A stretch of DNA of 64,000 bases, from the NCBI GenBank assembly GCA_963734495.1, contig CAVTHK010000011.1:128001-192000 (forward strand), in the 5' to 3' direction. The position numbers and the translations under genes are program-made. Below are positions 19,697-30,376 of this stretch, one piece after another. The notes under the pieces were generated by a model. The model had not been told where the DNA came from. It was given only the letters and a program-made list of their open reading frames with translations, and searched no databases. Source of the stretch: an uncultured Spirochaetota bacterium. GTDB taxonomy: Bacteria; Spirochaetota; Spirochaetia; SZUA-6; CAVTHK01. Every line of letters starts with the position of its first letter. Position 1 is the first letter of the stretch.

Positions 19697-20992
19697 ATGA
19701 AGGCTACGGGGATCATCGTCGTCTTCCTCGCCCTGACGATCGCGATTGCGTTCGCCGGAGGGCAAGGCGAGGGAGCCAAAGGCAAGCTGGCCGACTCGAT
19801 CACGGCTGCTCTCATCGAGAACACCAGCGACTACAAGACCATGAAGCCGGCGCTCGAGGAGTGGGGCAAGCGTAACAACGTCAAGGTCGAGGTCATCGGC
19901 TACCCCAACAAGGACCATAAGAACGCGCTGGTCACCGCGTGGGCGGCGGGCTCCGACAAGTACGACCTGGTGCAGCAGGGGCCGATCACAGAGTTCGTGG
20001 ATGCCGGGTTCATCATTCCCCTGGACGGGTCCGCCAACCCGGCCGTCAAGCTGACCAAAGAGTACCTGGACCAGATCTACGAGTCGGTCTACGAGATGTC
20101 CAAGTACAAGGGCAAGCCCTACATCCTGTACTACAGCACTGACGCCAACCCCCTGATCTGGCGCAAAGACATGTTGGAGGCAGCGGGCCTTGCCAAACCG
20201 GGGGACAACTGGACGGACTTCGTCAAAGCCGCGATCAAGCTGACCAAGGACACCAACGGCGACGGCGTGACCGATGTCTATGGCTTCTCGTCCTGGTACT
20301 CGCCCCAAACCAACGCCAACGCCCGGCAGTGGCGCGAGGTGGCCTACAACGAGGGCTCGGAGTGGTGGGCGAACAACGACTACACCTTTACCGATGAGCC
20401 CAGCGTTAGGGCGATGCAGCTTCACTATGACCTGATGAACAAGTACAAGGTCACGCCGCTGGCGGCGACGACCTGGTATCAGAACGAGCAGTTCAACGCG
20501 CTCAAGGCGGGTCAGGTGGCCATGTCCCAGATCGGCATCTGGCAGTGGGGCTCACTGAACGCGGACGACTCCCCGGTCAAGGGCAAGTGGGGCATCGGCG
20601 AGATGCCCGCCGCGGCCAAACGGCGCAGCACCGAGCTCGGCGGCAACGGGATCATGATCCCGAAGCTGACCAAGAAGGCGGCCACGGCATGGCAGGCTGC
20701 CCTGTTCACATGCAGCGAGGAGATGCAGATCAAGATGCAGCAGAGCCGCCTCGATTGGTCTGCGATGAAGTCGATCTACAAGAACGCGGCCGCGATCAAG
20801 GGAATGGAGGAGGCTGCGGCCGCCTACGAGCGGAACCTGCTGAACGCGCACACCCTGGCGAAGTCTCCGTACAGCAACGAAGTCGAGCTGATCTGCGCCA
20901 AGGCGATGGACAAGATCCTTCACGGCGCCGTGAGCCCGAAGCAGGGTCTCGAGGACGCCTACAAGGAGATCCACGCGACCTTGAAGTGGTGA
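19697..20992 (+). CDS. Sugar ABC transporter solute-binding protein
   Basis: Strong RBS; signal peptide then AGGQGE; DTNGDGVTDVYG, GQVAM, ELGGNG family-1 features. Confidence 0.9.
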   Translation: MKATGIIVVFLALTIAIAFAGGQGEGAKGKLADSITAALIENTSDYKTMKPALEEWGKRNNVKVEVIGYPNKDHKNALVTAWAAGSDKYDLVQQGPITEFVDAGFIIPLDGSANPAVKLTKEYLDQIYESVYEMSKYKGKPYILYYSTDANPLIWRKDMLEAAGLAKPGDNWTDFVKAAIKLTKDTNGDGVTDVYGFSSWYSPQTNANARQWREVAYNEGSEWWANNDYTFTDEPSVRAMQLHYDLMNKYKVTPLAATTWYQNEQFNALKAGQVAMSQIGIWQWGSLNADDSPVKGKWGIGEMPAAAKRRSTELGGNGIMIPKLTKKAATAWQAALFTCSEEMQIKMQQSRLDWSAMKSIYKNAAAIKGMEEAAAAYERNLLNAHTLAKSPYSNEVELICAKAMDKILHGAVSPKQGLEDAYKEIHATLKW

Positions 20993-21014
20993 CGCCTCGC
21001 ACGTGAGGTTCTTG

Positions 21015-21036
21015 GGGGGAGCCGAAAGGCTCCCCC
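21015..21036 (+). other. GC-rich GNRA-tetraloop hairpin between the binding-protein and permease genes (likely mRNA stabiliser or attenuator)
   Basis: GGGGGAGCC-GAAA-GGCTCCCCC, perfect 9-bp stem with no U tract. Confidence 0.65.
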
Positions 21037-21059
21037 TCGTGTCAGCCCCGGGAGGGCCC

Positions 21060-21965
21060 ATGCCGCAACGGCCGCGCCGCAAACTCACATTTGAACGTGT
21101 CTTTCCCTACCTGGCGATCGCGCCCGCCCTCGTCCTCATGGTTGCGGTGCTTGCCTATCCGATGCTTCAGATGGCCGTCATCAGCTTTCTTCAGTACAAC
21201 CTGAGGAACATCATGGGGCCGAAGCCCTTTGCGGGTTTCGACAATTACGCCCTGCTCCTCAAGCTCCCGGATTTCTGGCCTTCCTTCGGCCGCACGCTCT
21301 ATTTCGTCTTCTGGGGCTTGCTCGTCCAGATGATCCTGTCGCTGGGCCTGGCGCTTGTCGTCAGTCGCGACTTCTTCGGAGTCGGACTCGCCCGCAGCAT
21401 CATCATGCTTCCCTGGATGACCTCGTCGGCAGCCACTTCCGTGATGTGGGCCTGGCTCCTCGAAGGCACCTTTGGCGCTGTCAACTACGGGCTGCGCATG
21501 CTCGGCCTGATCAGGCAGCCGATCCTCTGGCTCGGCACCTACGGCCTGACGATGAACGTCGTCATCGGGCTGGACACCTGGCGCGAGGTGCCTGTCATGA
21601 CGATGATGCTGGTCGCGGGCCTGCAGTCGATTCCCGGCGAGCTCTACGAGGCGGCGCGCATCGACGGCGCCGGCTTCTGGTCGATCTTTGTCCGGATAGC
21701 GATGCCTCTTCTCGTGCCGACGATCATCCTGGTGCTGACGCTGCGCACGATGATCGCGCTGCGCGTCTTCGACCTGGTGGCTATCCTCACCAAGGGCGGC
21801 CCCGGGGGATCGACGGAGGTGATCGGCACTTACATCTACCGCAACGCCTTTTCGCGCTTCGATTTCGGCGCCGCCGCGGCGCTGTCGGTCATCCTCTTCC
21901 TGGTGACTCTCGTCATCAGTCTCGCCTACCTGCGGATGCTCGACAGCCGAAGGGAGGCCTACTGA
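21060..21965 (+). CDS. Sugar ABC transporter permease (MalF/UgpA-like)
   Basis: RBS GGAGG; AGLQSIPGELYEAARIDGA, TKGGPGGSTE motifs. Confidence 0.93.
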   Translation: MPQRPRRKLTFERVFPYLAIAPALVLMVAVLAYPMLQMAVISFLQYNLRNIMGPKPFAGFDNYALLLKLPDFWPSFGRTLYFVFWGLLVQMILSLGLALVVSRDFFGVGLARSIIMLPWMTSSAATSVMWAWLLEGTFGAVNYGLRMLGLIRQPILWLGTYGLTMNVVIGLDTWREVPVMTMMLVAGLQSIPGELYEAARIDGAGFWSIFVRIAMPLLVPTIILVLTLRTMIALRVFDLVAILTKGGPGGSTEVIGTYIYRNAFSRFDFGAAAALSVILFLVTLVISLAYLRMLDSRREAY

Positions 21966-22828
21966 TGCCCTCCCGCCATCGGCGTCCCTCGGTGGCTACG
22001 ATCCTGGGCCGCTCTCATCTGCATGTCTACGCGGTCACGGTTCTGGCATGCGCGATCGCGGTGGGACCGATCCTGTGGACCCTTCTGACCTCCTTCAAGG
22101 CGACGGCGGAGGTCTACACGGCGATACCGACGGTGTTTCCACGGCGATGGGTGGTGGAGAACTATCATTCGTTGGTCCGCAACGCCGACTACCTGGCCTA
22201 CGGCCGCAACAGCATCGTGATCAGCGTCTTCGGCACCGTCTTTACCGTGTCGATCGCCGCGCTCGCCTCCTTTGCCTTTTCGCGGTACAAGTTCAAGGGC
22301 GGCAACGCGTTCTTTCTTGCGGTGCTCATCGCGCGCATGATCCCGCCGATCTCTTTTATCGTGCCGCTGTACGCCGGCGTGCGCGTGTTCAACGGCATGG
22401 ACAGCCCCGTGACCCTGATCGTGCTCGATACCGTGCTCAGCCTGCCGTCCGGCATCTTCATCCTGCGCGTCTTCTACGATCAGATCCCGAGGGAGATGGA
22501 CGACTCGGCGCGCATGGACGGGTGCGCGAACATCAAGCTGCTGCTGCGCATCATCGTGCCGCTCTCGGTGCCGGCCCTCGCGATGGTCACGATCTTCACT
22601 TTTACCGGAATCTGGAACGAGTACCTGTTCGCGGTCACGTTCGGACAGACCCACGCGGCCCGCACCCTGCCGGTCGTCGTGGCCAACCTGATCGAACCCG
22701 AGCACGAGACGAGCTGGGGGCAGGTGGCGGCGATCACCATGGTGACGACCTTCCCCATGCTGTTTCTGTGCGGATACGTGCAGCGTTACCTGGTCAGCGG
22801 AATCATGGCGGGATCGCTCAAAGGGTGA
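21965..22828 (+). CDS. Sugar ABC transporter permease (MalG/UgpE-like)
   Basis: TGATG coupling; MDDSARMDG, WNEYLFA, C-terminal VSGIMAGSLKG. Confidence 0.93.
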   Translation: MPSRHRRPSVATILGRSHLHVYAVTVLACAIAVGPILWTLLTSFKATAEVYTAIPTVFPRRWVVENYHSLVRNADYLAYGRNSIVISVFGTVFTVSIAALASFAFSRYKFKGGNAFFLAVLIARMIPPISFIVPLYAGVRVFNGMDSPVTLIVLDTVLSLPSGIFILRVFYDQIPREMDDSARMDGCANIKLLLRIIVPLSVPALAMVTIFTFTGIWNEYLFAVTFGQTHAARTLPVVVANLIEPEHETSWGQVAAITMVTTFPMLFLCGYVQRYLVSGIMAGSLKG

Positions 22829-22858
22829 GCGGCCGCCTCGACAGAAGGAGAGAGACAC

Positions 22859-23925
22859 ATGTCCTACATCTACGACAGGATCTACGGGATCATCGCTGCG
22901 ACGCGGACGGCCTCGGCGATGGGCGCGGCCGTCGAGGGCTGGACGACAAAGGCGATCATCGACAAGTTCGGCGTCCTCGAGCACTTCGAGCCGTTCCACC
23001 ACTACAAGGAGCGGACCCAGTGGGTGCACCCGGCAGGCTGCACGGAGGACGGCATCGAGCGGCAGAAGCTGATGTGCACGGCGATCATCGAGAAGCAGGA
23101 CCGCATCACCGCCAACGACCTGGTCGAGACGTGGAAGAAGGTGCTCGACCCGGCAAAGATGGTCAACATGACCGAGCAGTTCGACCGCGACCTGCTGGCG
23201 GTCGCCAGGGCGGGGATCGTCCCGGCAGCCGACCTGGGGACGTTCTGCAAGTACCTGCACCTGAACACGACCATCCGCTCGTTCCATGCCTCTGCATGAT
23301 CAACCCCGGCGACATCGAGGCGGTCATCCAGGACCTCTACGACGTCGGCCGGGTCTACCAGCCGCTGGTAAGCGACTCCTACCCGTACGGCGTCGCTTAC
23401 AACGCCGCAGTCGTGCACGCGATGACGCCGGGCGCGACGGTGGACTCGGTCATCGCCACCGCGCTCAAGTATTCCAACGACATGGTGCGCAAGCAGCTCG
23501 AGCGCGACCTCGCGGTGGCGCGCAAGTACAAGAGCGCCCTCGACATGCGCGACGACCTGCACCAGTACTACACGGCCAAGGATGCTTATTACGACCAGTC
23601 GCGCGCCCACGAGACCGCGTGCAAGGCGATCGCGATCTTCGCTGTCGAAAAGGGCGACGTGCGCAAGTCGATCGTCGCGGCGGTCAACTTCGGCCGCGAC
23701 ACCGACTGCCTGGCTGCCGCAGCGGGCGGCCTCGCGGGCGCGCTGCAGGGCATCGACAAGGTTCCGGCCGACTGGGTCGACAGGGTCGAGGAGGTGACGA
23801 AGGCGAACCCCTACACCAACTCGCACGTGACGATGAAGGAGACCGCCGACGGCATCTACGCGGCTTTCAAGAACCGGATTGCGAAGATGAAGAAGTACGT
23901 CGCCTTCGCCGAGGCGAACGCGTAA
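22859..23925 (+). CDS. ADP-ribosylglycohydrolase family protein 1 (frameshift near 23290)
   Basis: SAMGAAVEGW, GCTEDGIERQK and VNFGRDTDCLAAAAGGLAGA motifs split over ORF 22859..23299 and the tail of 22048..23925. Confidence 0.82.
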
Positions 23926-23949
23926 GCCAGCGGTCCCGAGCGGAGCGTC

Positions 23950-25013
23950 GTGGCGGCATCGTTCATCCAGGTGGGCTGCGGGGGCTGGGGCGGCCGCTGG
24001 GTCGCCGAGTTCCTGCCCCCGCACATCGCATCCGGACGCGCCATGCCCCTGGCCGTCGTGGATATCAGGCCGGAGGTGGCGGCCGCGGCGGCCGCGGCCT
24101 ACCGACTGCCCGCCGATCGCGCGTACACCGACGCGGCGCGCGCCTTCGACCGGCACGCCGATGCGGACTTCGCCGTCATCGTCGTGCCGCCGGCGAGCCA
24201 CGAGGCGATCGTCGACCTGGCTGTGGCCGCGGGCATGCACATCCTGAGCGAGAAGCCCATCGCCGACACGATGGCCGGCTGCGCGCGCGTCTACAAGAAG
24301 GTGAAGGCTGCCGGCCTCAAGATGGCCGTGACCATGAGCCACCGCTTCGACCAGGACAAGCAGACGCTGGCGCGCGAAGTCGCCAGCGGCCGCTACGGGC
24401 GGCTCAACTACGTGGTCGGGCGTAACACCTGGAACTGCCGGCGCAGGGGCGACTGGGGCGAGTTCCGCTACGACATGGCCGACCCGCTCCTCGTCGAATC
24501 GACGGTTCACCGCTTCGACATCATCCGCGCGGTCGCGGGGGCGAACGCCTCGCGGGTGTACGCGCTGACCTGGAACCCGGCGTGGAGCGACTTTCACGGA
24601 GACTGCAGCGCTCTCATCACGATCGAAATGACCAACGGGGTCAAAGTGTTCTACGAGGGCGCTAAAGCGAACGCGTCGGCGCTCAACAGCTGGGGCTTCG
24701 ACTACTTCCGGGCGGAGTGCGAGCGCGGGACGCTCGAGCTCGACAACCGGGTGCTTCGCCTCCTGCGCAGCAGGGGCAACGACCGGCCGTCGGCCGAGAC
24801 GCTGCCGCTCGCGGAGCAGCCTGCCTGGATGAACACGTGGCTCGCGAGATGTTCATCGACTGGCTCGAGGGAGGCCCCGAGCCGCCGAACTCGCTCGAGG
24901 ACAACATCCAGTGCGCCGCGCTGCAGTTCGCGGCGCTGGAGAGCGCCCACAGCGGTCGGCCCGTCGATGTCCAGGAGTTCCTCGAGCGGCACATGCGGGA
25001 GGTCGCGGTGTGA
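23950..25013 (+). CDS. Gfo/Idh/MocA oxidoreductase (frameshift near 24845)
   Basis: VGCGGWG, HILSEKPIA, ESTVHRFD; C-terminus FIDWLEGG..PNSLEDN..AALESAHSGRPV lies in a second frame. Confidence 0.85.
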
Positions 25014-25777
25014 GCGGGGGCAGAGTCGCGGTGATCACCGGCGGGACCGAAGGGATCGGCTTGGCCTGCGCGGCGTTGTTCGTCGAGCGCGGGTGGCGGG
25101 TCGTGATCGGCGGCCGGTCGCAGGACAAGGGCCGCCGCGCCGTGGAGATCCCTGGGCGCCGAGGCCGCGTTGTTTCTGGCCGGCGACGTGGCTGACGTGG
25201 AGGTGAACCAGCGGCTGGTCGGCACGGCCACAGAGCGCTGGGGCAGGCTCGATGCGTTCGTGGCGAACGCGGCGGCGCGCGTGTACTCCGACTTCGAATC
25301 CGCAACGGCTGGGACTGGGACACGGTACTGGCGGTCAACATCAAGGCGCCGGCGTACGGGGCGCGTTTTGCCGTGCCCGCCCTCAAAGCGCAGGGCGGTG
25401 GAGCGATCGTCATCATCTCCTCGCTCAACGCGCGGGTAGCGCGCAAGACCATGCCGCTCTACGACCTCACCAAGGCAGCGCAGATCTCCATGGCGAAGAG
25501 CCTCGCGGTCGCCTACGGCCGTGCCGGCATTCGAGCCAACGCCGTCTGCCCCGGCTGGATCATCACTGACTTCCACGCGCGCAACGCGGGAGTCTCGCCG
25601 AAGGAGCTGCGCGACCGCAACCCCGGCCACTGCCCGCTCGGGCCGCCCGGCGTGCCCGCGGACATCGCGTCGCTGGTCGTCTTCCTCTGCTCCGACGAAG
25701 GCCGACATATCACGGGGCAGGAGATATACGTCGACGGGGGCGAGAGCGCGACCTCGATGAACACGAAGGTGGGGTGA
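25010..25777 (+). CDS. Short-chain dehydrogenase/reductase (frameshifts near 25150 and 25315)
   Basis: VITGGTEGIG, GRLDAFVANAA, ISS, YDLTK (YxxxK), IRANAVCPG, ITGQEIYVDGG. Confidence 0.85.
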
Positions 25778-25854
25778 CGGGACGCGCCCGCGAGGCCGCG
25801 CCGAGGAAAGGAAACTGCTGCGCGTCGGCGCAAGACGAATGTCAGGAGGGTGTC

Positions 25855-26948
25855 ATGCTCAGGGACAAGTTCATGGGGTGCATCGCCGCGTCGTGGATCG
25901 GCTCGTCGATGGGAGCCGTGGTCGAAGGCTGGTCGCGCGAGCGGATCAAGGAGAAGTACGGGTTCTTCGACAAGCTCGACGAATACCGCCACTACGTCAA
26001 CGTCACCGACTGGACGCGTATGCCCGGGACGACCGAGGACGGCATCGAGCGGCAGAAGCTCATGGCCACCGCCATCATCGAGAAGAAGGGCCGCATCCTC
26101 GCGCACGACCTGCTGCGCGTGTGGCTCCGCGACCTCGACCCGGCGAAGATGATCTACAAGCAGGAGCGCTTCGACAGGTCGCTGCTCGAGCTCGCGCGCG
26201 CGGGCACGCCGCCGTCGGAGCTCGGGCGCCTCTGGCCCTTTCCCAACGTGAACTCGGTGGCGCGCGCGTCCCACGTGATCGGCCTCATCAACGCGGGAGA
26301 CCCCGAGGGCGCGGCCGACGACACCTACGAGATCGGCAAGCTGTACGCGGCCGAGCATTACTTCTCGCTGCGCTGGGCCGCGCTCTACAACGCGGCGATC
26401 GCCGAGGCCTGCAAGCCGGAATGCGACCGTGGAATCCGTCATCGCGACCGCCAAGCAGTTCGTTCACTACCGCGCCGCGGCCGGCTCGCTCTACGCGCTG
26501 TACGACACGATCGAGAAGGAGGTTACGCGTGCCTTCGACCTCGCGGCGAAGCACAAGGACCCGATGAAGATGCGGGACGAGTTCTACGACTATTACAACA
26601 GCACGGACTACTTCAACTACCACATCTCGCAGGCCAACGAGGTCGTGTCCAAGGGGCTCGCGGTCTTCGCGCTCGACCAAGGGCGACCCGAAGCAGGCGA
26701 TCCTCGTCTCCTGCAACTTCGGCCGCGACACCGACTGCCTCGCCGCGGTCTCCGCAGGCCTGGCCGGCGCTCTGAGCGGACCGGGGTCGCTGCCGAAGGA
26801 GTGGATCGAGCAGGTGAACAAGGCGACGCTCGCCGACCCGTACACCAACAACAAGCGCACGATCGAGCAGACGGCCGACGGGCTCGTCGAGGCCTACACG
26901 ACGAAGGCGAAAAAGTTGAAGGAAACCCTGCGGCTGATGGGCGTCTGA
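25855..26948 (+). CDS. ADP-ribosylglycohydrolase family protein 2 (frameshifts near 26425 and 26675)
   Basis: RBS AGGAGG; SSMGAVVEGW, GTTEDGIERQK; third frame gives CNFGRDTDCLAAVSAGLAGA...DPYTN and ends LMGV-TGA at 26948. Confidence 0.82.
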
Positions 26949-26987
26949 TCGCCGACATCGCGCGGCGGGCGGCTCAGCGCCCAGGCG

Positions 26988-28145
26988 TCAGCGGCCGGGG
27001 TCGCGGCCGAGCGTGATCTGCGAGGAGCCGAAGTTCTCGATGCTGCGCTTCTTCTCGTGGAAGCGCGGCATGCGCGCCAGCATCCCTGCCGCCGTGTAGA
27101 AGGGGTCCGCGGGATCGAGCGGGACCCGCACCTGTCGGCCTTCAACAGACGCCTTGTAGATCGCGGTGATGAGCTCGATCGTCTTGCGTCCCTCGACGCC
27201 GTCGATGAAGGGCGCGCGGCCTCCCTCGATCGCCGAGAGGACGTCGTCGATCTGCCCCTCGTGCCCCTCGTATGGGATCGTCTCCAGCGCATCGTAGCGT
27301 GCCTGGAGGCGCCGCACGGTCTCGGCGTCCTCGACCGGGAAGCCGTTTTCAAGCGACCGGCCGGCCCTGACCTTCCAGGGGATCCAGAGGCCCGCGCGCT
27401 CGCCCTGGAACATCAAGCCCTGCTCCTCACCATGATGCACGAGAGAGGCGGTAACCTGCGACAGGGTGCCGTCGCGGTGGCGGAGGATGGCGATCGCGAG
27501 GTCCTCGACTTCGGAGTTGTCGTGGTTGACGTTCGCGATGACGGAGACGACTTCGGCCGGCATGCCGCGGAGCCAGTGCAGCAGGTCGATGTGGTGCACG
27601 GCGTGGTTGAGGGTGCAGCCGCCGCCTTCCTTTTCCCACGTGCCGCGCCACCACAGGTCGTAGTAGCTCTGCCCGCGCCACCACCAGGAGTTGACCTGCG
27701 CGTGCAGGACGCGGCCGGCGGCGCCTTCGTCGAGGAGGCGCTTCATCTTCATCATGGGCGTGCGGAAGCGGTTCTGCGCGACCACCGAGAGCAGCCGGCC
27801 CGAGCGCTTCGCGGCCGCGACCATGGCGTCGCAGTCCGCCAACGAAGTCGCCATGGGCTTCTCGCAGAGCACGTGCTTGCCGGGGTCGAGCGCGCGGATC
27901 GCGGCCTCCGCGTGCAGCGACGGCGGCAGGCAGATCGACACGAGGTCCACCGACGGGTCCGCGAAGACGGCGTCCAGCTCGCGGGCAACGGACGCGTCCA
28001 GGCCGTGCTCGTGTTTGAGCGCCTCGGCCTTCTCCGGGTAGATGTCGCAGAGCGACACGATCCGGCAGCGGGACGAGAAGCGGACGAACGCTTTCGCGTG
28101 CGTGCGGGCGATGGCGCCGCAGCCGAGCAGCGCGACTCGGATCAT
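26988..28145 (-). CDS. Gfo/Idh/MocA oxidoreductase
   Basis: LLGCGAIA, HVLCEKPMA, GGGCTLNHAVHHID. Confidence 0.9.
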   Translation of the reverse strand: MIRVALLGCGAIARTHAKAFVRFSSRCRIVSLCDIYPEKAEALKHEHGLDASVARELDAVFADPSVDLVSICLPPSLHAEAAIRALDPGKHVLCEKPMATSLADCDAMVAAAKRSGRLLSVVAQNRFRTPMMKMKRLLDEGAAGRVLHAQVNSWWWRGQSYYDLWWRGTWEKEGGGCTLNHAVHHIDLLHWLRGMPAEVVSVIANVNHDNSEVEDLAIAILRHRDGTLSQVTASLVHHGEEQGLMFQGERAGLWIPWKVRAGRSLENGFPVEDAETVRRLQARYDALETIPYEGHEGQIDDVLSAIEGGRAPFIDGVEGRKTIELITAIYKASVEGRQVRVPLDPADPFYTAAGMLARMPRFHEKKRSIENFGSSQITLGRDPGR

Positions 28146-28170
28146 GGGAGCCTCCGGGCGCTGGCGCCCA

Positions 28171-29244
28171 TCATGCGAGCCGCTCGAGGGCCTGCATCGC
28201 GGCGCGCATGTAGCCCAGCGCGAACGCCATGCCCGTATGCCACGGGCTCGATGTGCTCATCTCCGGCGTGTGGTCGGGTATCAGGACCCCGTCGTAGCGG
28301 TTGTCGCGCAGGACCTTCAGGGCGCGGATCATGTCGATGTCGCCCTCGTCCACGAACACTTCCTGGTAGTCGGGCACCCGCCCCCGGACGTTGCGGAAGT
28401 GGACGTAGAAGATCTTGCCCTCGCGGCTGTAGGTGTCCAGGGCCTCGTAGACGTCGCCGGTCGCCATCTCCTGCACCGAGCCCATGCAGAACTCGATGCC
28501 GTTGGCGGGGCTGGGCGCGAGGTCCAGCAGTCGGCGGTACTTCTCGGGCCGGTTGACGAGGCGCGCGGCGCCGCGCAGCGACTCCACCGGCGGGTCGTCG
28601 GGGTGCGCGGCGAGCCGCACGCCTGCCTCTTCGGCCACGGGCAGCACCTCGCGGAGGAAGTCCCGCGCCCGGTCCCACAGCTCCTGCTCGCCGATGCCGG
28701 CCAGGTAGCCCGGAGGCGCCTCCGGGTCGAAGACCATGTTCCAGACCATCCCGTTGGGGATCGCCCGCTCGGGATCGATCGCGGAGGCGTCGAAGCGCAC
28801 GGACATCGCGTCGCCTCGGCCGAAGGGTCCCTTGGTCCAGCCCCACACGCCGGCGATGCTGAAGTTGTACCCGATGATCGGTATCCCCGCCCTGCCGACG
28901 TTCCTGATCGTCTGCTTGACGATCTCGATCTGCCGCGCGCGCATCGGTCCGTCCAGAAGGATGTCGTGCCAGTGCGCGGGATCGAAGTTCTCGATGGCCT
29001 CCCAGCGCAGGCCGTGGCTTTCGATGGTCCTGCGGATCGCGACGAGTTCGTCGACGGTCCAGAGGCGCTCCCGGTTGAGCGTGACTCCCCACCCGCGCTC
29101 GTCGTCGCCGCGGCTCAAGCTGGGGTTGCTGCCCCGGAAGTAGTCCACGAGGTGCACGACGAGGTGCGTGACCCCGGCCTGTCGGGCGAACCTGAAGTTG
29201 TCCTCCGTAAGAGAGTCACGATACAGGCCGAGGCCGAGCTTCAT
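28171..29244 (-). CDS. uxuA: Mannonate dehydratase
   Basis: FARQAGV, IGYNFS, LPVAEEAGVRLAAHPDDPP, HFRNV, IPDHTP, GMAFALGYM motifs; ATG at 29244. Confidence 0.85.
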   Translation of the reverse strand: MKLGLGLYRDSLTEDNFRFARQAGVTHLVVHLVDYFRGSNPSLSRGDDERGWGVTLNRERLWTVDELVAIRRTIESHGLRWEAIENFDPAHWHDILLDGPMRARQIEIVKQTIRNVGRAGIPIIGYNFSIAGVWGWTKGPFGRGDAMSVRFDASAIDPERAIPNGMVWNMVFDPEAPPGYLAGIGEQELWDRARDFLREVLPVAEEAGVRLAAHPDDPPVESLRGAARLVNRPEKYRRLLDLAPSPANGIEFCMGSVQEMATGDVYEALDTYSREGKIFYVHFRNVRGRVPDYQEVFVDEGDIDMIRALKVLRDNRYDGVLIPDHTPEMSTSSPWHTGMAFALGYMRAAMQALERLA

Positions 29245-29398
29245 CCTGCCAATATAGCGATACCCCCACCGGGGGCGCCAAGCGCGGGCGAACCCCGCAC
29301 CGGAGCGCGATGGAGCAGTTGCGCGCCGGGCTTGCGGGGGCTGGGCGGCAGGCCGCAACGACCGGGGCGGTGTTGCGGGCGCGTGACTGGGCCCGCCC

Positions 29399-30376
29399 CT
29401 ACCCGAACAGCAGCTTGGCCGTCTTGCGCAGCATCGGGATGCCGCGCACCTCGGTGTCCAGCAGCGGGAGGATCGCGCGCACGCTGCCGTCGAAGAGCGT
29501 CTCGATCTGCTTCATGTACCCTTCCTGCATCGCGACGCGGTTCTTCACGAAGTCCGGCGAGTCCGGCCGCACGTCCCTGCGGTCGATCTGCATGTTGACC
29601 ACGACGCCGCCGACGGGGATGCCGAAGTCGTGGAACCAGCGGATGAAGCGCGTGATCACCGCGATGGGCAGCGCCTCCGGGAGCGTGATGAAGAAGAACG
29701 AGGTGAGCTTGCCGTCGGTGAGGAGCACCTTGGCCCGAGCCATCCGCTCGCGCAGGTTCAGCAGGTACTCCATGAGCGGGTCCTTCTGCTGCTTCTTCTT
29801 GCTGTAGGAGAGCAGGTCCTTCAGGGTCATGGCCTCCTCGCGGCTCTTGACCATCTTGTTGACCCACATCGAGTAGACGCCTGACATCCCGAGGAGCCTG
29901 CGCGCGTTGGCCGTCGGCGCCGTGTCGAACACGTACACGTCGTACTTGTTCTCGAACATGAGGTCGATCATGTTCTCGAACATGGCCGACTCCTCGAACG
30001 AAGGGTTCATCGTCGCGCTCTCGACGAACTCGTCGGCCTTGGTCTTGATCTCGGCGTACTTGAGGAACCACTCGATCTTTTCGCGGATCTCGTGCTTGGA
30101 CTTGTTGATGGTCTCGCGCGTGTCGATCTCGTAGGCCTGGAGGTTGGGGACCTCGGGGATGTCGGTCGGCTTGCCGAACACGTCGCGGTCCAGCATCGAG
30201 GAAAGCGAATGCACCGGGTTCGTGGACGCCAGCAGCGTCTTCCTGCCGGCGTCGGCGAACCACAGCGCCGCGGTCCCGGCCAGGACCGTCTTGCCCACCC
30301 CGCCCTTGCCGCCGAAGAAGATGTACTTCAGGCCCGGATGGGCCGCCAGGTACTGGCGCATCGTCTCTGTGATCAT
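29399..30376 (-). CDS. ArsA/Get3-family ATPase, single domain, paralogue B (switch I Asp replaced by Asn)
   Basis: GGKGGVGKT, STNPVHSL, EID, FDTAPTAN, VVVN; no cysteines; ATGA overlap with paralogue A. Confidence 0.9.
   Translation of the reverse strand: MITETMRQYLAAHPGLKYIFFGGKGGVGKTVLAGTAALWFADAGRKTLLASTNPVHSLSSMLDRDVFGKPTDIPEVPNLQAYEIDTRETINKSKHEIREKIEWFLKYAEIKTKADEFVESATMNPSFEESAMFENMIDLMFENKYDVYVFDTAPTANARRLLGMSGVYSMWVNKMVKSREEAMTLKDLLSYSKKKQQKDPLMEYLLNLRERMARAKVLLTDGKLTSFFFITLPEALPIAVITRFIRWFHDFGIPVGGVVVNMQIDRRDVRPDSPDFVKNRVAMQEGYMKQIETLFDGSVRAILPLLDTEVRGIPMLRKTAKLLFG

Noticed and set aside
22859-26948. DraG nitrogenase regulation or toxin-antitoxin/defence role for the ARH genes
   Set aside because: No draT, nif or ADP-ribosyltransferase gene; context is catabolic.
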